A stretch of DNA of 58,728 nucleotides, from IMG/VR virus record IMGVR_UViG_3300032046_000029, positions 1 through 58,728 of that record. One strand, written 5' to 3'. Under the pieces are notes generated by a model that was not told the DNA's origin, did not search any database, and saw only the letters and a list, made by a program, of their open reading frames with translations. The translations under genes were made by a program, and so were the position numbers. Positions 45,743-56,521 of the stretch are shown here, piece by piece (the stretch's first letter is position 1; every line of letters starts with the position of its first letter). The DNA is from a virus (Duplodnaviria; Caudoviricetes).

Positions 45743-46006
45743 ATGCGTTTTAGTTATTGCCAGAATTGTGGCACCCGTGGGCGACTGATTGCCCACGAAT
45801 GGGACAAGGAATACAAATGTCCCAAGTGTCATATCACTTGGGTGGACCTCTGCGGCTGCGCAAAGTGCACGGCCAAGGACATGGCCTTTCAGGCCGACCA
45901 GGATCGGCGCGCCCAGCAGGCCGAAGCAGACGGTTCCGCTGAGACCGAGCGGATTCGGGCTCGCACGCTCGTGAGGGCAAAGTTGGCCCCTGTTATCCTC
46001 GATTGA
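45743..46006 (+). CDS. Cys-rich Zn-finger protein
   Basis: CQNC, CPKC, CGCAKC; RBS. Confidence 0.6.
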   Translation: MRFSYCQNCGTRGRLIAHEWDKEYKCPKCHITWVDLCGCAKCTAKDMAFQADQDRRAQQAEADGSAETERIRARTLVRAKLAPVILD

Positions 46007-46525
46007 AAGTGGCGCAGGGCTTCGGTCCTCGCCCTCTGGCCAGTAAGAACTTGGCTACTTGGCTATTCGCTGAACCCATCTCAACAACCAATCGGTCCCC
46101 CGGAGGCATCCCGAAATCTGCACCTGGGACGGCAACCCAGAGTAAGTTAAGGACCGTGGGCGATAGCTAAAGTGCCACTGGCCAGACGGCGGCGACCGAG
46201 ACCGCGACATCGCTACCTGTGCGGCGAGAGGCGCGGGAGGAGAGATATGATTGGGATGCTTACAACAAATAGGTGCGGGGAACGCGCCGTCCGCACGGAC
46301 AGTGGAAGCCTCATTCCAATTGAGGCAGGTGAGGCTTTGCATATTCCTGCCCATTGGCAGGATGGGAAGCCCGTCACAGGCAGTGCGTGGACCGCTGCCA
46401 ATGGGAAGCCCGTCTGCGGCATGCTCACGCCCGTTCCACATAAGCACGGGGCGTGGCAGGAGTAGCCAGCCCCACGGCTGGCCCATTGCGCCAGGGAGGC
46501 TGGCGCTAGAAAAGGAGACAGAGCG

Positions 46526-46861
46526 ATGGGTAGACAAAAACCCCTGTACGCGGGTGAGCCAACCCGCGAGGTGTCATTCGATGAGATGGTGGCGGCAGGT
46601 TTCGTCCCTGTCGCCCAGAACGGCGGCACGATTACGTTCCGCTCGGTGAGACAGACCCAGGGCAACGCTCACTACCACCAGGTGACATTCGACGGCATTG
46701 GTCGTATTGCACTGGTGAGTGAAGTGGCGTTTTTGGGCTCAAAGCCGGGCCGTGTGATCGGCGGCGAGTTCAAGGTGGATGAGGCCCACGCAGCCAGCGA
46801 GGCTATACAAGCCGCGCAGGAGTTGGCGCAGGCAAAGCACCTGTATCCTGCCGCGTTCTAG
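46526..46861 (+). CDS. Hypothetical protein
   Basis: AAGGAG RBS. Confidence 0.55.
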   Translation: MGRQKPLYAGEPTREVSFDEMVAAGFVPVAQNGGTITFRSVRQTQGNAHYHQVTFDGIGRIALVSEVAFLGSKPGRVIGGEFKVDEAHAASEAIQAAQELAQAKHLYPAAF

Positions 46862-46936
46862 GCATTATCCCTGCTCCGCCCGTGATACCATCCCTGGATG
46901 ACCTGCGGGCTAAACGGCAGAGCGGGGATATTATTG

Positions 46937-46982
46937 TACGGTTTATACTCCGCTTGTCTCGATGGATGGAGCGTAAACCGTA
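46937..46982. terminator. Hairpin at the convergence of the early and tail transcripts
   Basis: tacggtttatactcc...ggagcgtaaaccgta. Confidence 0.5.
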
Positions 46983-47024
46983 TAGTGCTATCCTATGGCT
47001 TTTCTATCATAACACCATAGGCTT

Positions 47025-49196
47025 CTAGGTAGACTGCAATGACTGAATTATAGCGATCTGCCTGGCGAATGCGTCAGAAGTCACGCGCGGGATCAACTCC
47101 GCCGTCCTGGAATCCTCATCCACTTTAATCCCCGCCAGCGGGAATGTGGTGGTGCCATCGCGCCAATCATTGGGATCCATGGTCGCTTCCCGCGCTCTCC
47201 ACTCTTTGATTTGTACCAGATCGCCGGGTTTTAACTCATCCACGGCCACGAACCTCCCGGCCGGCGTGTAGACCCCGCTGCGTACCTGGAACGATCCGGC
47301 GGTGCCGGGCCGGCCGTGCTCGGCCAGCCACAGGTCTATCGCGCCCTCCACCTGCTCCACATCGGTCGTGCCCGAGATTTGCACGGCGGTCCGACGGTAG
47401 TATCCGCCCAGGCGGGCGATGACATCGGGCAGGCTCCTGTCGGCAGTCCTCAGCACCTGGCCTTGCACATCCGTGTAAATCCCGTAGGCGACCTGGGCCG
47501 ATTCCCCCCAGTCTCCCCCGCGCTCCAGCTGCTGCATCTGCCGGGGCTTCACGACATACTTGACGGTCGTCAATCTCATTGGCTCCAGGAACAGGCGGCG
47601 CGTCGTATCCAGCGCGACACCCCAGACGACGGGGTTCCCGTCGGCATCTCCGAACTGGCAGCACCACGACAGGATTTGCGCGGGCGTCTGGTCCCGGTCG
47701 AAAGCGGCCGGCGTCAGGAGGGTCCCTGGCGGCTCGATCCGGTCGGTCGAATCACTCAGGCCGTGAGCATCGTCGCTCAGGATGCTCGCCAGGTCGTCCG
47801 CTATGACTTTAGCATCCAAAACCGTTACGTGCTCTGAGTACACTACGGCGCTGGTGAGTTGGCCGTAGACCGTATCGTCGGCGGCGGTGTTTTCCCCAGA
47901 CGACGTCAATGCGAAACGCACCTCGAAAGAATCTGGGTCACCGGTCGTCAGTAGGTCCAGCGTTCCGGCCCCACCCGTGGCGAGCGACCACAGCGTGACC
48001 CCATTCCCATCCAGGACGCTGAACTCTCCCGGCCAGTGGTTGGGCAGGGCCACGTCGTAGTCTGCCACCAGCCGTGCAGCGTGCTCCCCGAACTCGAACG
48101 TGTAGCGCAGCCTGGAGTAATCGCCCGTCACGAAGTCTACACCTCGGCGGGGCTTGAAGTAAATCCTGTCGTTCGTGTCCCAGTCGAAGTAGTCCGGGCG
48201 AAAACTGCCGGCCGGCGTCTCATCGCCCAGCCACTTGTTCAACCTCGTATCGCTCCAGACCCGATTGTAAATATCTGCCGTGGCGACGTGGACCCAGCCC
48301 AGCGCCCAGACTTCGATCTCATCCCCGGCCGTGCCCGTGCGCTCGGTGATCCTCACGATCTGGCCGTCGAACAGGCAGTTGAATGGCCCCTTGCGCATCG
48401 TGACTGGAAAGCCGTAGCCGAGGTCGGGGTAGTCGTACCCTACCCGTCGTTTGCAGCGCCAGGTGAGGTAGCCGAAGCCGGCTCCCTCCGCGCCGTAGTG
48501 GATGAACCACTGGCGGTTCCGGTCGTCGGTGAGGCGGTACTGGCGACCGGTCAGCGGGCTCGTAGTCGTGACGACAGGGTGCCAGAGGCGGGGTATACTC
48601 ATGGACGGCGTGCCTATCGGAATCGGTGGGGCATTATAATCACCGCCACCGAAATCGTCTATGTGGACATCCGTGCCGAGCACTGCGCCAATATATCCCG
48701 GCCCCAAGGTCGTAGAGTCGACAGCGCTAACGACCTGAATCCATGTCCCCCCCACAGGGCAATGGTATCCTGTAATTGTATTTCCGTTGCATTCTAATCC
48801 GAATTTGTCGCCAATGTTCAGATCGATTATTGCCAAGTCGAGGGGGCCGCTGATGCCAGAAAACAGTATAACGCCGTCCCCACCAACGTCATCTCTGGCT
48901 ATAATAAGCCAATATCCAATTGCGCCAGGATCGAGTGGGGGTGCTATATCGTTGCTGCGGGCGAAAAGAATCATCCCCTCACTATCGTCGACGTTTACGA
49001 GGGTTGCATAGACTTCGCAGTTCGCATTCGTGATAGTATTCCAATATCCTCCCCCGGACGCCCCATCTGGAATAGCCTCATTCCCGTCCACAACCATGCC
49101 GTCTGTGCCGGGAAAATCGGACCAATCCGCGCTGGGTGGCGGTCCCTCATTGGGGCGATTGAAGTCGTCCAGAATGGGAGTAGTCGGGAATGCCAT
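47025..49196 (-). CDS. Tail tip/hub-type structural protein
   Basis: 723 aa, last gene of the tail module; beta-rich N-terminus (ILDDFNR). Confidence 0.7.
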   Translation of the reverse strand: MAFPTTPILDDFNRPNEGPPPSADWSDFPGTDGMVVDGNEAIPDGASGGGYWNTITNANCEVYATLVNVDDSEGMILFARSNDIAPPLDPGAIGYWLIIARDDVGGDGVILFSGISGPLDLAIIDLNIGDKFGLECNGNTITGYHCPVGGTWIQVVSAVDSTTLGPGYIGAVLGTDVHIDDFGGGDYNAPPIPIGTPSMSIPRLWHPVVTTTSPLTGRQYRLTDDRNRQWFIHYGAEGAGFGYLTWRCKRRVGYDYPDLGYGFPVTMRKGPFNCLFDGQIVRITERTGTAGDEIEVWALGWVHVATADIYNRVWSDTRLNKWLGDETPAGSFRPDYFDWDTNDRIYFKPRRGVDFVTGDYSRLRYTFEFGEHAARLVADYDVALPNHWPGEFSVLDGNGVTLWSLATGGAGTLDLLTTGDPDSFEVRFALTSSGENTAADDTVYGQLTSAVVYSEHVTVLDAKVIADDLASILSDDAHGLSDSTDRIEPPGTLLTPAAFDRDQTPAQILSWCCQFGDADGNPVVWGVALDTTRRLFLEPMRLTTVKYVVKPRQMQQLERGGDWGESAQVAYGIYTDVQGQVLRTADRSLPDVIARLGGYYRRTAVQISGTTDVEQVEGAIDLWLAEHGRPGTAGSFQVRSGVYTPAGRFVAVDELKPGDLVQIKEWRAREATMDPNDWRDGTTTFPLAGIKVDEDSRTAELIPRVTSDAFARQIAIIQSLQST

Positions 49197-49199
49197 CGC

Positions 49200-49511
49200 C
49201 TACACCGCCTCCGTCAACTTCTCATACCACCACGCGCCCCATTTCGTCACGCACAGCCATACTGTCCCGGCCCCGCCATCGTCCAGAATGCCGATGAAGC
49301 CGTTTCCCAGGTCGGCGGGCGTCCCGAACGCCGCGTCCAACTCCGCGTCCGTCGGCTCCAATGGGTTGTTCAGGGCGGCGTCGCTCGTGGTGGCCTTGAG
49401 TGCCCCCCGCCAGGAACGCCCGATCCTCTCGCGCAGTTCCCGGCACTCACGCCAGAGCCGGTCCTTTTCGAGTTCCAGTTCGCGGATGCGGACCTGTAGG
49501 GTATCAGCCAT
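49200..49511 (-). CDS. Small tail-associated protein
   Basis: Position in the tail module. Confidence 0.55.
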   Translation of the reverse strand: MADTLQVRIRELELEKDRLWRECRELRERIGRSWRGALKATTSDAALNNPLEPTDAELDAAFGTPADLGNGFIGILDDGGAGTVWLCVTKWGAWWYEKLTEAV

Positions 49512-49544
49512 AGTCCTATACCGTTATGATCGCAAGCCCATAGG

Positions 49545-52229
49545 CTACTCGTTGAATGGGGCGATCGTGCGGAAGATCGCCTGGCCCTCCAGCGTGATCT
49601 CATCGGCGGGGATGTGGCGGTCCGAGAGACCTTCCAACTTTACTTCATCGAAACGCCCCAAAGTGGAGATACTCATCACGCCACATTGGCCGGTATCGTA
49701 AGTCGCATCGGTAACGGTGGCAAGCAGGTTGGCGGCGTCGAATACGTGGTCGTCGGTACTTAGGCCGGTGACCGGATGAGCGTAGACTTTGAACGTCGAT
49801 CCCTGGACGACGACGCCTATCACGTACCAGACGTTTACCTTGCTGTTGAAGGCCGGGTTGGCGTGCTGGGTGACCGCTCCTGCGGCATATTCACGCACCA
49901 GCAATTTATTATTGGTGATGTCGAGCAAGGCAGCATAGCAATCTTCTGCCCCGACGGTGAGCGTATCCTGACCGGAACGCCATACTAGACCTACGTAGCC
50001 CGGGTTGCCTCGTTCGATCTTCGCCAGCACTCGCGCACGGAAGCGCACGTCATTCGGCGTCGTCTCATCTATGAGCGCGCTCTTTTCCACTCCGACTTCG
50101 TCGTCCAGACAGGCCAGCGTAGCACCGACTCCCGGCATGTCCTCTGTGATCGTCCATATTCCGGCGGCGGGTTGGAAGTTCCACTGATTACCCGTGGCGT
50201 TGGGGGAATTGGCATCGTCCGGATCTGCATTCTCCAGCCGCCACCAGTCGAACGCAATCTCTTTCGGGAAATAGACGTCCCCGTTTATGGCCTCCAATTC
50301 GATCCTGTCTACGTCGCCCCAGTTGGGTGCGCCCACGGCAGAGAAGGCGGACTTTTTCTGGTAGATGAAGTTGTACGTGCCGGCCAGGTCGTATGCCGGG
50401 CTCGCGTATTCGTCCGTATCGTAAACGGTATGAAAGTGAGCAACAGTTTGAACATTGGTAGTAACGCCATTCTTCCAGGCCACGTAGCAACTGAAAGCCC
50501 CGGCGGGGAATGCGCCTTCGTGCTCCAGGTCGAGGTCCACCAACTTATGCATGCTGGCCGAGATGCCAATACCGCCTGTTATTTGTATCTCTAGGCTTTG
50601 GGCCCCCTCGACGTATTCGGCGGTTTCGACGGCGGCACCTACCCAGGTATCTACGTTTTCCATGTCGTCAACCGCCATCCACTTGACGCCGTCGTATCCC
50701 TCGAAATCGTCGTCCAGGACAGTCGTCCAATGGCTGCGTTGCTGCAGGAACACCAGCAGATTGTCTTTCGTAGGATCGAGCGTCAGGAAGTCCCCGCGTG
50801 GCGCTTCTGTCGGCAGGCGCTCAAAGTCGTTATCTGCCTGTGCCACAATATGCGCCAATTCGCGGATCGTACCCAGGTTGCCGGGGAAGTTCTCTACCAG
50901 CAATTTGTCGCTGTTGGTTACGCCGTCGCCGTCCTCGTCTTCACCGGGCACATCGAGCGCTGTTGGCTGTAATTTGCTATCCGCTACGTATACCAACACG
51001 ATACCATCGAGACGAAATTCATCAGTTCCGAGAGTGCGCGTCGCGTACCATTCGATATAGGGGCCTTCGTCGTAAGCAGTTTCTACGCTACTGAGGGATG
51101 CGGGAGGCAACTCGAATTCTCCCGCATAGATAATGCCCCAACTCATCATGTCTTCGGCCTGGTAGTCATCTTCGCTCTCCTGGATGATATTTCCGACTCG
51201 GAGTTTGGCCTGATGCGCCCATTCACCGCCCGCCACGTAGCCGACTCCGAATACGGCGAAGCGGCCTTCGTGGTCGGCCGGATTGGCAATCGTGAATCTC
51301 AAGCCCTGTGCTTCGTCGTTGACCGACGGCAGGCAGCGCATGTAATGAGCATTGCCCCTGTCGGGATCGTCGATCTCAGACCAGGCAGTAGAAGGATCAA
51401 TCGTGGCGGCGTCTTCCGCCTCGTAGACGCTGACGAAGTTCGCCAGGGTACCCTCGTCCCGCTTGTAGACGATCAACTCTCCCAGGTCGTGGCCGGCATC
51501 GGGTTGGGCCGTGATCCGTAGCAAGGCCGGCATGGTGCCTTTCAAATCGGCCTCGTCCACCAATACGCTGTTCGTCTGCCCGGCCCCGGTGTCTTCCCAG
51601 TTCTGTATCGTCGTCGCCAGTGCGGTCAACGTCACCGGGCTGGCCGGGTTGCTGGTGGCGATGGGCTGGGTTTGCAACGCGACCTCGACGATCAGTCGGA
51701 AATAGCCATCCGCATGCGCTCCGGCGTCCCACCTGTTTTTCGCCTGGTCGAGGACGCGGGGCGGGCCGGATTGGACGTAGTGGTAGTACGTGGTGAGCGT
51801 GCCCGCCGGGACGTCCTCCGGCAGATAGGCAATCGTGCCCCCCAGGGGATTCAGGAGTGCCGCCTGGAGGTCGTTGTAGGCGGCGATCATGCCGATGCGC
51901 GTATCCGCCTTGATGACGACCCAGAACGACAACGGTACCAGGTCGCCGTAACTGGAAACGGCGCGGCCCCCCTCCCCACCCCCGGTGCCGGCCTGCTCGT
52001 AGACGATGCGCCAGCGCTCATCCTCATTGAGCGTGAGCGTCTGCAGCGGCACGATGTAAGGCGAGGTTCCGGTATATGGCTCGGACCCCTCCAGCCCCAT
52101 CGTCAGGGTACTCCCCCCCGTCGGGTTGACCGTCAGCGTCGAAAGTGTTCCGCCTGGCATTTTACACTCTCCTCCCGTGCACGTCAGCACGAGTGGCAGC
52201 ACGATCAGGAATCTCAATACAGTGTTCAT
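49545..52229 (-). CDS. Distal-tail-like protein with carbohydrate-binding-type inserts
   Basis: Directly downstream of the tape measure gene; 894 aa, acidic and beta-rich. Confidence 0.65.
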   Translation of the reverse strand: MNTVLRFLIVLPLVLTCTGGECKMPGGTLSTLTVNPTGGSTLTMGLEGSEPYTGTSPYIVPLQTLTLNEDERWRIVYEQAGTGGGEGGRAVSSYGDLVPLSFWVVIKADTRIGMIAAYNDLQAALLNPLGGTIAYLPEDVPAGTLTTYYHYVQSGPPRVLDQAKNRWDAGAHADGYFRLIVEVALQTQPIATSNPASPVTLTALATTIQNWEDTGAGQTNSVLVDEADLKGTMPALLRITAQPDAGHDLGELIVYKRDEGTLANFVSVYEAEDAATIDPSTAWSEIDDPDRGNAHYMRCLPSVNDEAQGLRFTIANPADHEGRFAVFGVGYVAGGEWAHQAKLRVGNIIQESEDDYQAEDMMSWGIIYAGEFELPPASLSSVETAYDEGPYIEWYATRTLGTDEFRLDGIVLVYVADSKLQPTALDVPGEDEDGDGVTNSDKLLVENFPGNLGTIRELAHIVAQADNDFERLPTEAPRGDFLTLDPTKDNLLVFLQQRSHWTTVLDDDFEGYDGVKWMAVDDMENVDTWVGAAVETAEYVEGAQSLEIQITGGIGISASMHKLVDLDLEHEGAFPAGAFSCYVAWKNGVTTNVQTVAHFHTVYDTDEYASPAYDLAGTYNFIYQKKSAFSAVGAPNWGDVDRIELEAINGDVYFPKEIAFDWWRLENADPDDANSPNATGNQWNFQPAAGIWTITEDMPGVGATLACLDDEVGVEKSALIDETTPNDVRFRARVLAKIERGNPGYVGLVWRSGQDTLTVGAEDCYAALLDITNNKLLVREYAAGAVTQHANPAFNSKVNVWYVIGVVVQGSTFKVYAHPVTGLSTDDHVFDAANLLATVTDATYDTGQCGVMSISTLGRFDEVKLEGLSDRHIPADEITLEGQAIFRTIAPFNE

Positions 52230-52277
52230 TTTTCCTATCCTCCCCGTATGGTTTTATGATAGTAATTATATACCTTT

Positions 52278-55200
52278 TCATGCAATTCCTCCAGTTCGGG
52301 CGGCCATCAGGGCGGCCAGCGCCTGCCGGTCGATCCCGACCCGCACACCTTGCGCCCCCCGCCCGTCGCGCACGTTCGGGAAGATCAGGCCGCCCTCGAT
52401 GTTTTGATGAATGGTTACACCCCCCAGGCCAGCATCGAGCACACCCTGAGTGCGCTTGAGCTCGGCTTGCAGCGTTCCGCGCAGGGGGGCGAAATCAATG
52501 CCGGAGGCGAAGTTTTCCACGAGTGCCCGGCCGGCACCTGCGAGGTTGCGCAGGGGCGAACGCGGGTTCTTTGGCTCTGACCAGGGTAGGTATGCCCCCA
52601 AGCTACGGAGCAGTGCCTCGAAGTCGGCCAGGAATTCTTGCCATTCGGCCCACACGCCCTTGGCGATAGACTTGACGATTTCCTTGCCGGCCTCGACTAA
52701 GTTCGTGAACCAGGTCCCGGCCATGAGAGTGTCGAACAAGCCACTGATCAATTCTCCAATGCGTACTGCCAGGTCCCAAGCGGCATAAAGCCCTTCCCTG
52801 ATCTTGACGACGATTCTCTCGCCAACTTCCTTCAGTCGCTCGGCCCATTCGTCGATCTTGGCGAGCACGCGCGTGATGAAAGTGGAGATGATATTGGCGA
52901 ACCAGATCACGATGCGCGCGATCCAGACGGGTGTCGTGGTAGCCAGCAAGGTAAGGAACGTCTGCATGAGGGTCACGAACTTATCCTTGACGCTCGCGGC
53001 CCATTCTGGGACACGTAAGGAAATCCAGGTTTTCCAGCGCTCGACTATTCCCCCGAACCACGTGTCGAGAGCAACCTCAGCCTCTGCTATCTTTTCGGTT
53101 AGAAACGTGATCGCTGTGGTGAAGACGCCGTAAATCCACTCGCCGACAGATTTGGCCCAGTCCTCCCAGTTGTCCTCGATGTAGGCCAGCCCCTTGTCTA
53201 CCCAGCCAGTTACGACGGTTAGCAATCCCTCTTCCTCGATCTGATCCGCGATGTCGAATATGCTTTGGAGATAGCCGGGGAAGTCGATGCCGGTCGCGTT
53301 CCCCAGCCAGGTTGCAACAGTCATCAGTTTGCCCTCTAGGGGGAGGGCGATGAAGTTCTGTATGGACAGAATGGCATCCTCGACTTTTTGTTTCATGGCT
53401 TGAAACTCAGGAGTCATTTGGCCCAGCTTGGCCTCGATGTTCTTCCCCTCTTCCTCCAAGTCCCCTAAGCCGAGTTCAGGCGCTATATAGTCTCCCGCAT
53501 CTGCGCCTTCACCGACTGCAGGCTCCACCGGCGCTATATTGGCATCTCGCAGAGCATCGGCCAGGTCCTGCATGGCCTCCAGCATCTGAATCTGAATGTC
53601 AGCGCTCTCCTGCTGAGCCTCCAGGTATGCTTGCTGCCAGTTGTATTGGTCCTCCGCGGCTTTGGCGGCGCTCTCCGCCAGGGACAATTTCTTCTTGAGA
53701 TCGGCAGAGACGAAACCCCGCTTTTCGGCGGCGGCGACTTCCTCTTGCACGCTGGCGAGGCTCCGCTGCGCCTGCTGGTACTGCAACTGAAGCCGGATCA
53801 TCTTGACGTATTCTTCCGAACCGGCCCCCAGAGTCTCGGCGATCTTGCCTAACTGCTCCTCCGAGATCTCGCCCGTCTCGTTGAACGTGGCGATGAGGCC
53901 CGCTACCTGCTCCCTGGCCGTGGCGAACACCTGGCCCAGGTCCACTTCTTTCAGGTCGCCCGCCCGCACCGCCATGTCGAGTGCCTGCCGGATCGGCGAG
54001 AGCATTTCCTTGAGCATCCCGAAGTCGGCCGTCTGGAATGCTCGCAGGTAGGTGTTCATCAGCCCCCTACCCCACTTGGCGATGTTGGAGAGTGGGCCCT
54101 CCTCCGGCGGTGAGCTTGCGCCGATGAACCGCTTGATGATATTGCCGATGGTGGTCATCACCTTGGTGAGAACGGATTGGGCTGCCTTGCTGATTCCATT
54201 CGCCACCTGGACGATCAGGTTCCAGCCCCACAGCAGCGCCCGCTTGATGTACTTGTCGAAAACCAGGGCGACCATCGTCAGGCCATTCAGCGCGGCATCC
54301 CCCAGGCTGGAGAACGCCTTCGTGCCCTCGCCCGCCAGCAGCCGCTGAATCGTCGTCAAGAATCCCGTGATCAGGCCGCCGACGACGTTCAATGCGTTAG
54401 ACAGATCCCCGAAGATGCTGGCCCAGTCGATACCCTTGACTGCAAAAGCGAGATCCCCGAACAGGGGGACTATGATCTTTTTAACTAAATCCCATATCGC
54501 GGTGCCGATGGCGCGCATCTGTCCCCATATCTGCGCGCCCCAGCCGGTGAATAGGGCGACGAACTGGTCGAGTAAAGGCTTCACCGTGGCCCAGGCCGCT
54601 TGAACCGCCGTGCGGATCCCGCCCCAGTTCTGCGTCCACACGACGTACAGGGCGGCGGCGGCGGCAGCCAGGACGGCCAGGATGACGACGATAGGGGCGA
54701 CGATGGCGAGGATGGGGGAGGCGGCAGCCGAGAGGGCAGTGAACCCGGCGATGAGGGTAGGCAGCACGACGAGCAGGCCGCCGAAGGCTACTCCGAGAAC
54801 AGATATGCCAGTGACGAGGATGAGTAAGATCGCAATTACTTTCTTCGTCCCCTCTGGCAGAGCCTCGAATGCCTTTAGGAATTTGGAAAGGATGTCTACT
54901 CCAACTCCCCATATCGGAATAAAATATTTACCGAGGGCCGCCTTCGCTTCCTCGATCAACCGAGGAAGGCTGGTCATGCGCTTACCGACTAAACTGAGAG
55001 ATTGCTCATATACTCCTGCTGTTTTAGCCCCTTCGTTTAGGATATATTCTAGGAATCGATTACGTTTGGCAGCGGAGTCAGTGGAGTTTGCCAGGTCGCC
55101 CAGGATTTGATTAGTCGTGGCTACAATATTATACTCCCGCAGCATGCGGGGCTGGAGTGCCCCGATGGAATCCATTAATTTGCCGAACGTATCAGATGAG

Positions 55201-55634
55201 TTTTCTCCAGCGACGGCGGCCAGGTCTTGTGCGACACGAGCCAGGTCGGTAGCCTTGTTTAAGTCAAGCTGGCTCGTTACCATACGAGTGATGGAACTAC
55301 GGGCTTGACTGGTAGTAATGCCAAGGCCTTTGACGCTGGCCTCCAGCGCATCGAGTTGTGCGGCGTTATAGCCAGCGTTCTGGCCGACCACGTGCATGGA
55401 CAGCGCCAGCACTTCGTTGCGCATGGCGATCTGGACGGAGGAGGAGATCAACCCCTTACCCGCATCGGCGATCCCGCCGAATATCTTCTGGAGTTGGGCA
55501 CCGGCCGCGGCCAGGCGCTCGACCGTGGCGGACTTGGCGACGGTCTCCAGCGCAGCTTGTACCCGCCCTAGCGCACCCTCGGCACCGGAGGAGTCCCCCG
55601 CTATTTCGAGTAAGACCTTCTCGTTTGCTGTCAT
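52278..55634 (-). CDS. Tape measure protein
   Basis: 1118 aa, Ala/Leu-rich helical, central TM segments, periodic Trp/Phe. Confidence 0.9.
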   Translation of the reverse strand: MTANEKVLLEIAGDSSGAEGALGRVQAALETVAKSATVERLAAAGAQLQKIFGGIADAGKGLISSSVQIAMRNEVLALSMHVVGQNAGYNAAQLDALEASVKGLGITTSQARSSITRMVTSQLDLNKATDLARVAQDLAAVAGENSSDTFGKLMDSIGALQPRMLREYNIVATTNQILGDLANSTDSAAKRNRFLEYILNEGAKTAGVYEQSLSLVGKRMTSLPRLIEEAKAALGKYFIPIWGVGVDILSKFLKAFEALPEGTKKVIAILLILVTGISVLGVAFGGLLVVLPTLIAGFTALSAAASPILAIVAPIVVILAVLAAAAAALYVVWTQNWGGIRTAVQAAWATVKPLLDQFVALFTGWGAQIWGQMRAIGTAIWDLVKKIIVPLFGDLAFAVKGIDWASIFGDLSNALNVVGGLITGFLTTIQRLLAGEGTKAFSSLGDAALNGLTMVALVFDKYIKRALLWGWNLIVQVANGISKAAQSVLTKVMTTIGNIIKRFIGASSPPEEGPLSNIAKWGRGLMNTYLRAFQTADFGMLKEMLSPIRQALDMAVRAGDLKEVDLGQVFATAREQVAGLIATFNETGEISEEQLGKIAETLGAGSEEYVKMIRLQLQYQQAQRSLASVQEEVAAAEKRGFVSADLKKKLSLAESAAKAAEDQYNWQQAYLEAQQESADIQIQMLEAMQDLADALRDANIAPVEPAVGEGADAGDYIAPELGLGDLEEEGKNIEAKLGQMTPEFQAMKQKVEDAILSIQNFIALPLEGKLMTVATWLGNATGIDFPGYLQSIFDIADQIEEEGLLTVVTGWVDKGLAYIEDNWEDWAKSVGEWIYGVFTTAITFLTEKIAEAEVALDTWFGGIVERWKTWISLRVPEWAASVKDKFVTLMQTFLTLLATTTPVWIARIVIWFANIISTFITRVLAKIDEWAERLKEVGERIVVKIREGLYAAWDLAVRIGELISGLFDTLMAGTWFTNLVEAGKEIVKSIAKGVWAEWQEFLADFEALLRSLGAYLPWSEPKNPRSPLRNLAGAGRALVENFASGIDFAPLRGTLQAELKRTQGVLDAGLGGVTIHQNIEGGLIFPNVRDGRGAQGVRVGIDRQALAALMAARTGGIA

Positions 55635-55735
55635 AGCCTATCGCATTGCTATCATAAAATCATAGAGGCCCCGCCGTCGGGGCCTCTAGGTTCAAGCGGC
55701 TGGGCGCGGGGAGGTTTGGCCCGACCGCCAGTACC

Positions 55736-56152
55736 CTAAATTTCCCGCCGGTCCTTGTTCACTTCCTCGAATTTATGCATCCATTCTGGAAGCCCCGGCC
55801 CATCGGAGCGGCCGGCCCCGAGCGTCGATTCGTAGGCCGGCAGGTCCGGCAGGTGTTTCTCTCCGAATGCCTGAGCCAACGCCCGGCTAACTCCGAGTTG
55901 CGTAGCGGAAACCTGTTCGAGCATGGCCTCCCACCTGGCCCGCGCTACGCGCTCGTACTCCTCGATCAGCCACATGGCGGGCTTGCGCGAGATCGCCTCG
56001 TCCGGCACGTGCCGGAAGGCGGCAACCTCGAAGATCAGCGTTTCGAGCAGTCGCGTCAGAGAGCCGGCGATGGCGGAGAGCCTGGTGCCGGTGCCGGGAT
56101 CGGAATGCTCTGATCCAGCATCGTCCCCAGGCCCTCGATGCCTGTTAAAAAA
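55736..56152 (-). CDS. Tail assembly chaperone, -1 frameshift extension (gpT-like)
   Basis: The -1 frame is open from slippery T-TTT-TTA (56152-56146) through the 55736..56008 ORF. Confidence 0.75.
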   Translation of the reverse strand, partial: FFNRHRGPGDDAGSEHSDPGTGTRLSAIAGSLTRLLETLIFEVAAFRHVPDEAISRKPAMWLIEEYERVARARWEAMLEQVSATQLGVSRALAQAFGEKHLPDLPAYESTLGAGRSDGPGLPEWMHKFEEVNKDRREI

Positions 56153-56499
56153 CTCTGGATCGCCTCCACGAGATCGGTGCTCAGTTTCAGATTCAGGAAC
56201 AGCGCGTCCACAATGGGCGCGATCTTGATCCCGTTCTCCTTGAGCCAGTGCTTGCCCTCGCGGTCGTCGTCGAATTGCAGCGCAGCAGATCCAAGGTTGA
56301 TGAGGTCCTGCTCGTCCACCTCGCTCAGCAAGGCAAAGAGCAGGGTCCTACGGCCGGGGTTTTTCATCACCCTGGTCGCGGCCTCCTCGGCCCGCATGGC
56401 CACCCTGCCGATGACCTTGAGGATGCGCAGCGTGATCTCGACGCTCGGCTCCTCAATCTGGAACTCGCGCTCGTTCAGTACGATGGTATTTTCACTCAC
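56056..56499 (-). CDS. Tail assembly chaperone (gpG-like)
   Basis: Lies between the major tail and tape measure genes; GGAGG RBS plus GTG. Confidence 0.8.
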   Translation of the reverse strand: MSENTIVLNEREFQIEEPSVEITLRILKVIGRVAMRAEEAATRVMKNPGRRTLLFALLSEVDEQDLINLGSAALQFDDDREGKHWLKENGIKIAPIVDALFLNLKLSTDLVEAIQSFLTGIEGLGTMLDQSIPIPAPAPGSPPSPAL

Positions 56500-56521
56500 A
56501 GTAGCCTCCCCGCTTGGATCG

